Positions 63,271 to 64,000 of a stretch of DNA of 64,000 nucleotides are shown here, piece by piece; position 1 is the stretch's first letter, and the number at the start of each line of letters is the position of its first letter. Under the pieces are notes generated by a model. It was not told the origin of the DNA and made no database searches. It saw only the letters and a program-made list of their open reading frames with translations. The stretch comes from Podarcis cretensis (Eukaryota). The stretch is from positions 66,154,001 through 66,218,000 of the forward strand of contig OX638153.1 of assembly GCA_951804945.1 (NCBI GenBank), written 5' to 3'. The position numbers were made by a program, and so were the translations under genes.

Positions 63271-64000
63271 GTAGGAACCGTGGATGTGGAAAAATAGGTG
63301 CTGCCGGCACAGTTCCTATGGATAAGCTCTGAATTTGTGGTCACAAGGAAATCACTGTGGCAAAAATTTACATATTCCCAGTGGGGGATTAACTACTAAT
63401 AGGAAATAAGGTTGGCAGTTGCTAGCCTATTATGCCAAACTCTGCTTCCATTTTGTGGCTGGCTGTGCCCCATACCGTCATATTTTGACTGATGGGCCTT
63501 AGAAATTTTCAGCTCTCTCAAGTGATCCCTGGGGATAGAAAGTTTGAGAACTCCTGGTCTCTTCTAACTAGAATTGGTGCTCCAGGGTCTCAGGCATAGG
63601 TCTTGCCTGGACCTGCTACCTAAAGGCAATTTAACTATGGACTCCAAGATCAGACATGCAGTACATTTACTCTGCCACTAAAATATGGCTGCTCCCGAAA
63701 TTTATTCCCTTCCTGCTAATAGTTAATCCAACAGGGTTGCTAAAGGTGATTGAGAATTTATTGTACGTCACTGTGCTATGAAAAAGTTCTCCCTCGCTCA
63801 CTTTGTCTGGTGTTTGGAGCAGGGGATCATTGCTTTAATAATTGCAGCTGACTATATTTATACTTGAAAGGGGGGGGCAGCTTGAGCTGCTCCTTCCTTC
63901 TGTTGGAGACTCAGCTGGGTACGAAAGAATATGCAGCTTGTCTGGAATTTTGGCTTCTCTTGGAGCCTTCAGAGCAACTTCCTGGAACTTTACAGGCCCA

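Noticed and set aside
53453-63344. Minus-strand ORFs antisense to HDLBP exons
   Set aside because: Shadows of the coding exons with no independent splice or promoter support.

Overview
Eukaryotic (vertebrate) genomic DNA. The repeats (Sauria-type SINEs, a tRNA-Lys/CR1-tail SINE, Penelope ends, Tc1/mariner MITEs) point to a squamate reptile, probably a lacertid lizard. The window holds two head-to-head spliced genes. SEPTIN2 (SEPT2) is complete on the minus strand: 11 coding exons from 19130 to 7219, 1092 nt = 363 aa, plus a non-coding first exon and a spliced 3'UTR exon. HDLBP (vigilin) is on the plus strand: 15 coding exons from 47332 to 63270, 2166 nt = 722 aa, truncated by the window end. 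The two share a CpG-island bidirectional promoter at about 20.3-21.5 kb, and a second CpG island at about 31.0-32.2 kb looks like an alternative HDLBP promoter. All coding exons were read by hand and have GT-AG boundaries and continuous frame; most entries in the six-frame ORF track are spurious. Most interesting: (1) a possible two-promoter translational switch for vigilin, with exon 1a carrying TCT/TOP, a TISU-initiated uORF and a second spliced uORF, and exon 1b being uORF-free behind an ERSE-like element and clustered XBP1/CREB3-type motifs; (2) a Penelope-derived 99-bp inverted repeat with minimal hammerhead ribozyme motifs, where the only arm mismatch hits catalytic G12 on the HDLBP sense strand; (3) a 1.1-kb TSD-flanked non-autonomous retroelement starting with CTCF and YY1 motifs; (4) inverted MITE pairs bracketing the HDLBP 5' exons. 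No searches were run; comparisons with human proteins and repeat families are from memory.
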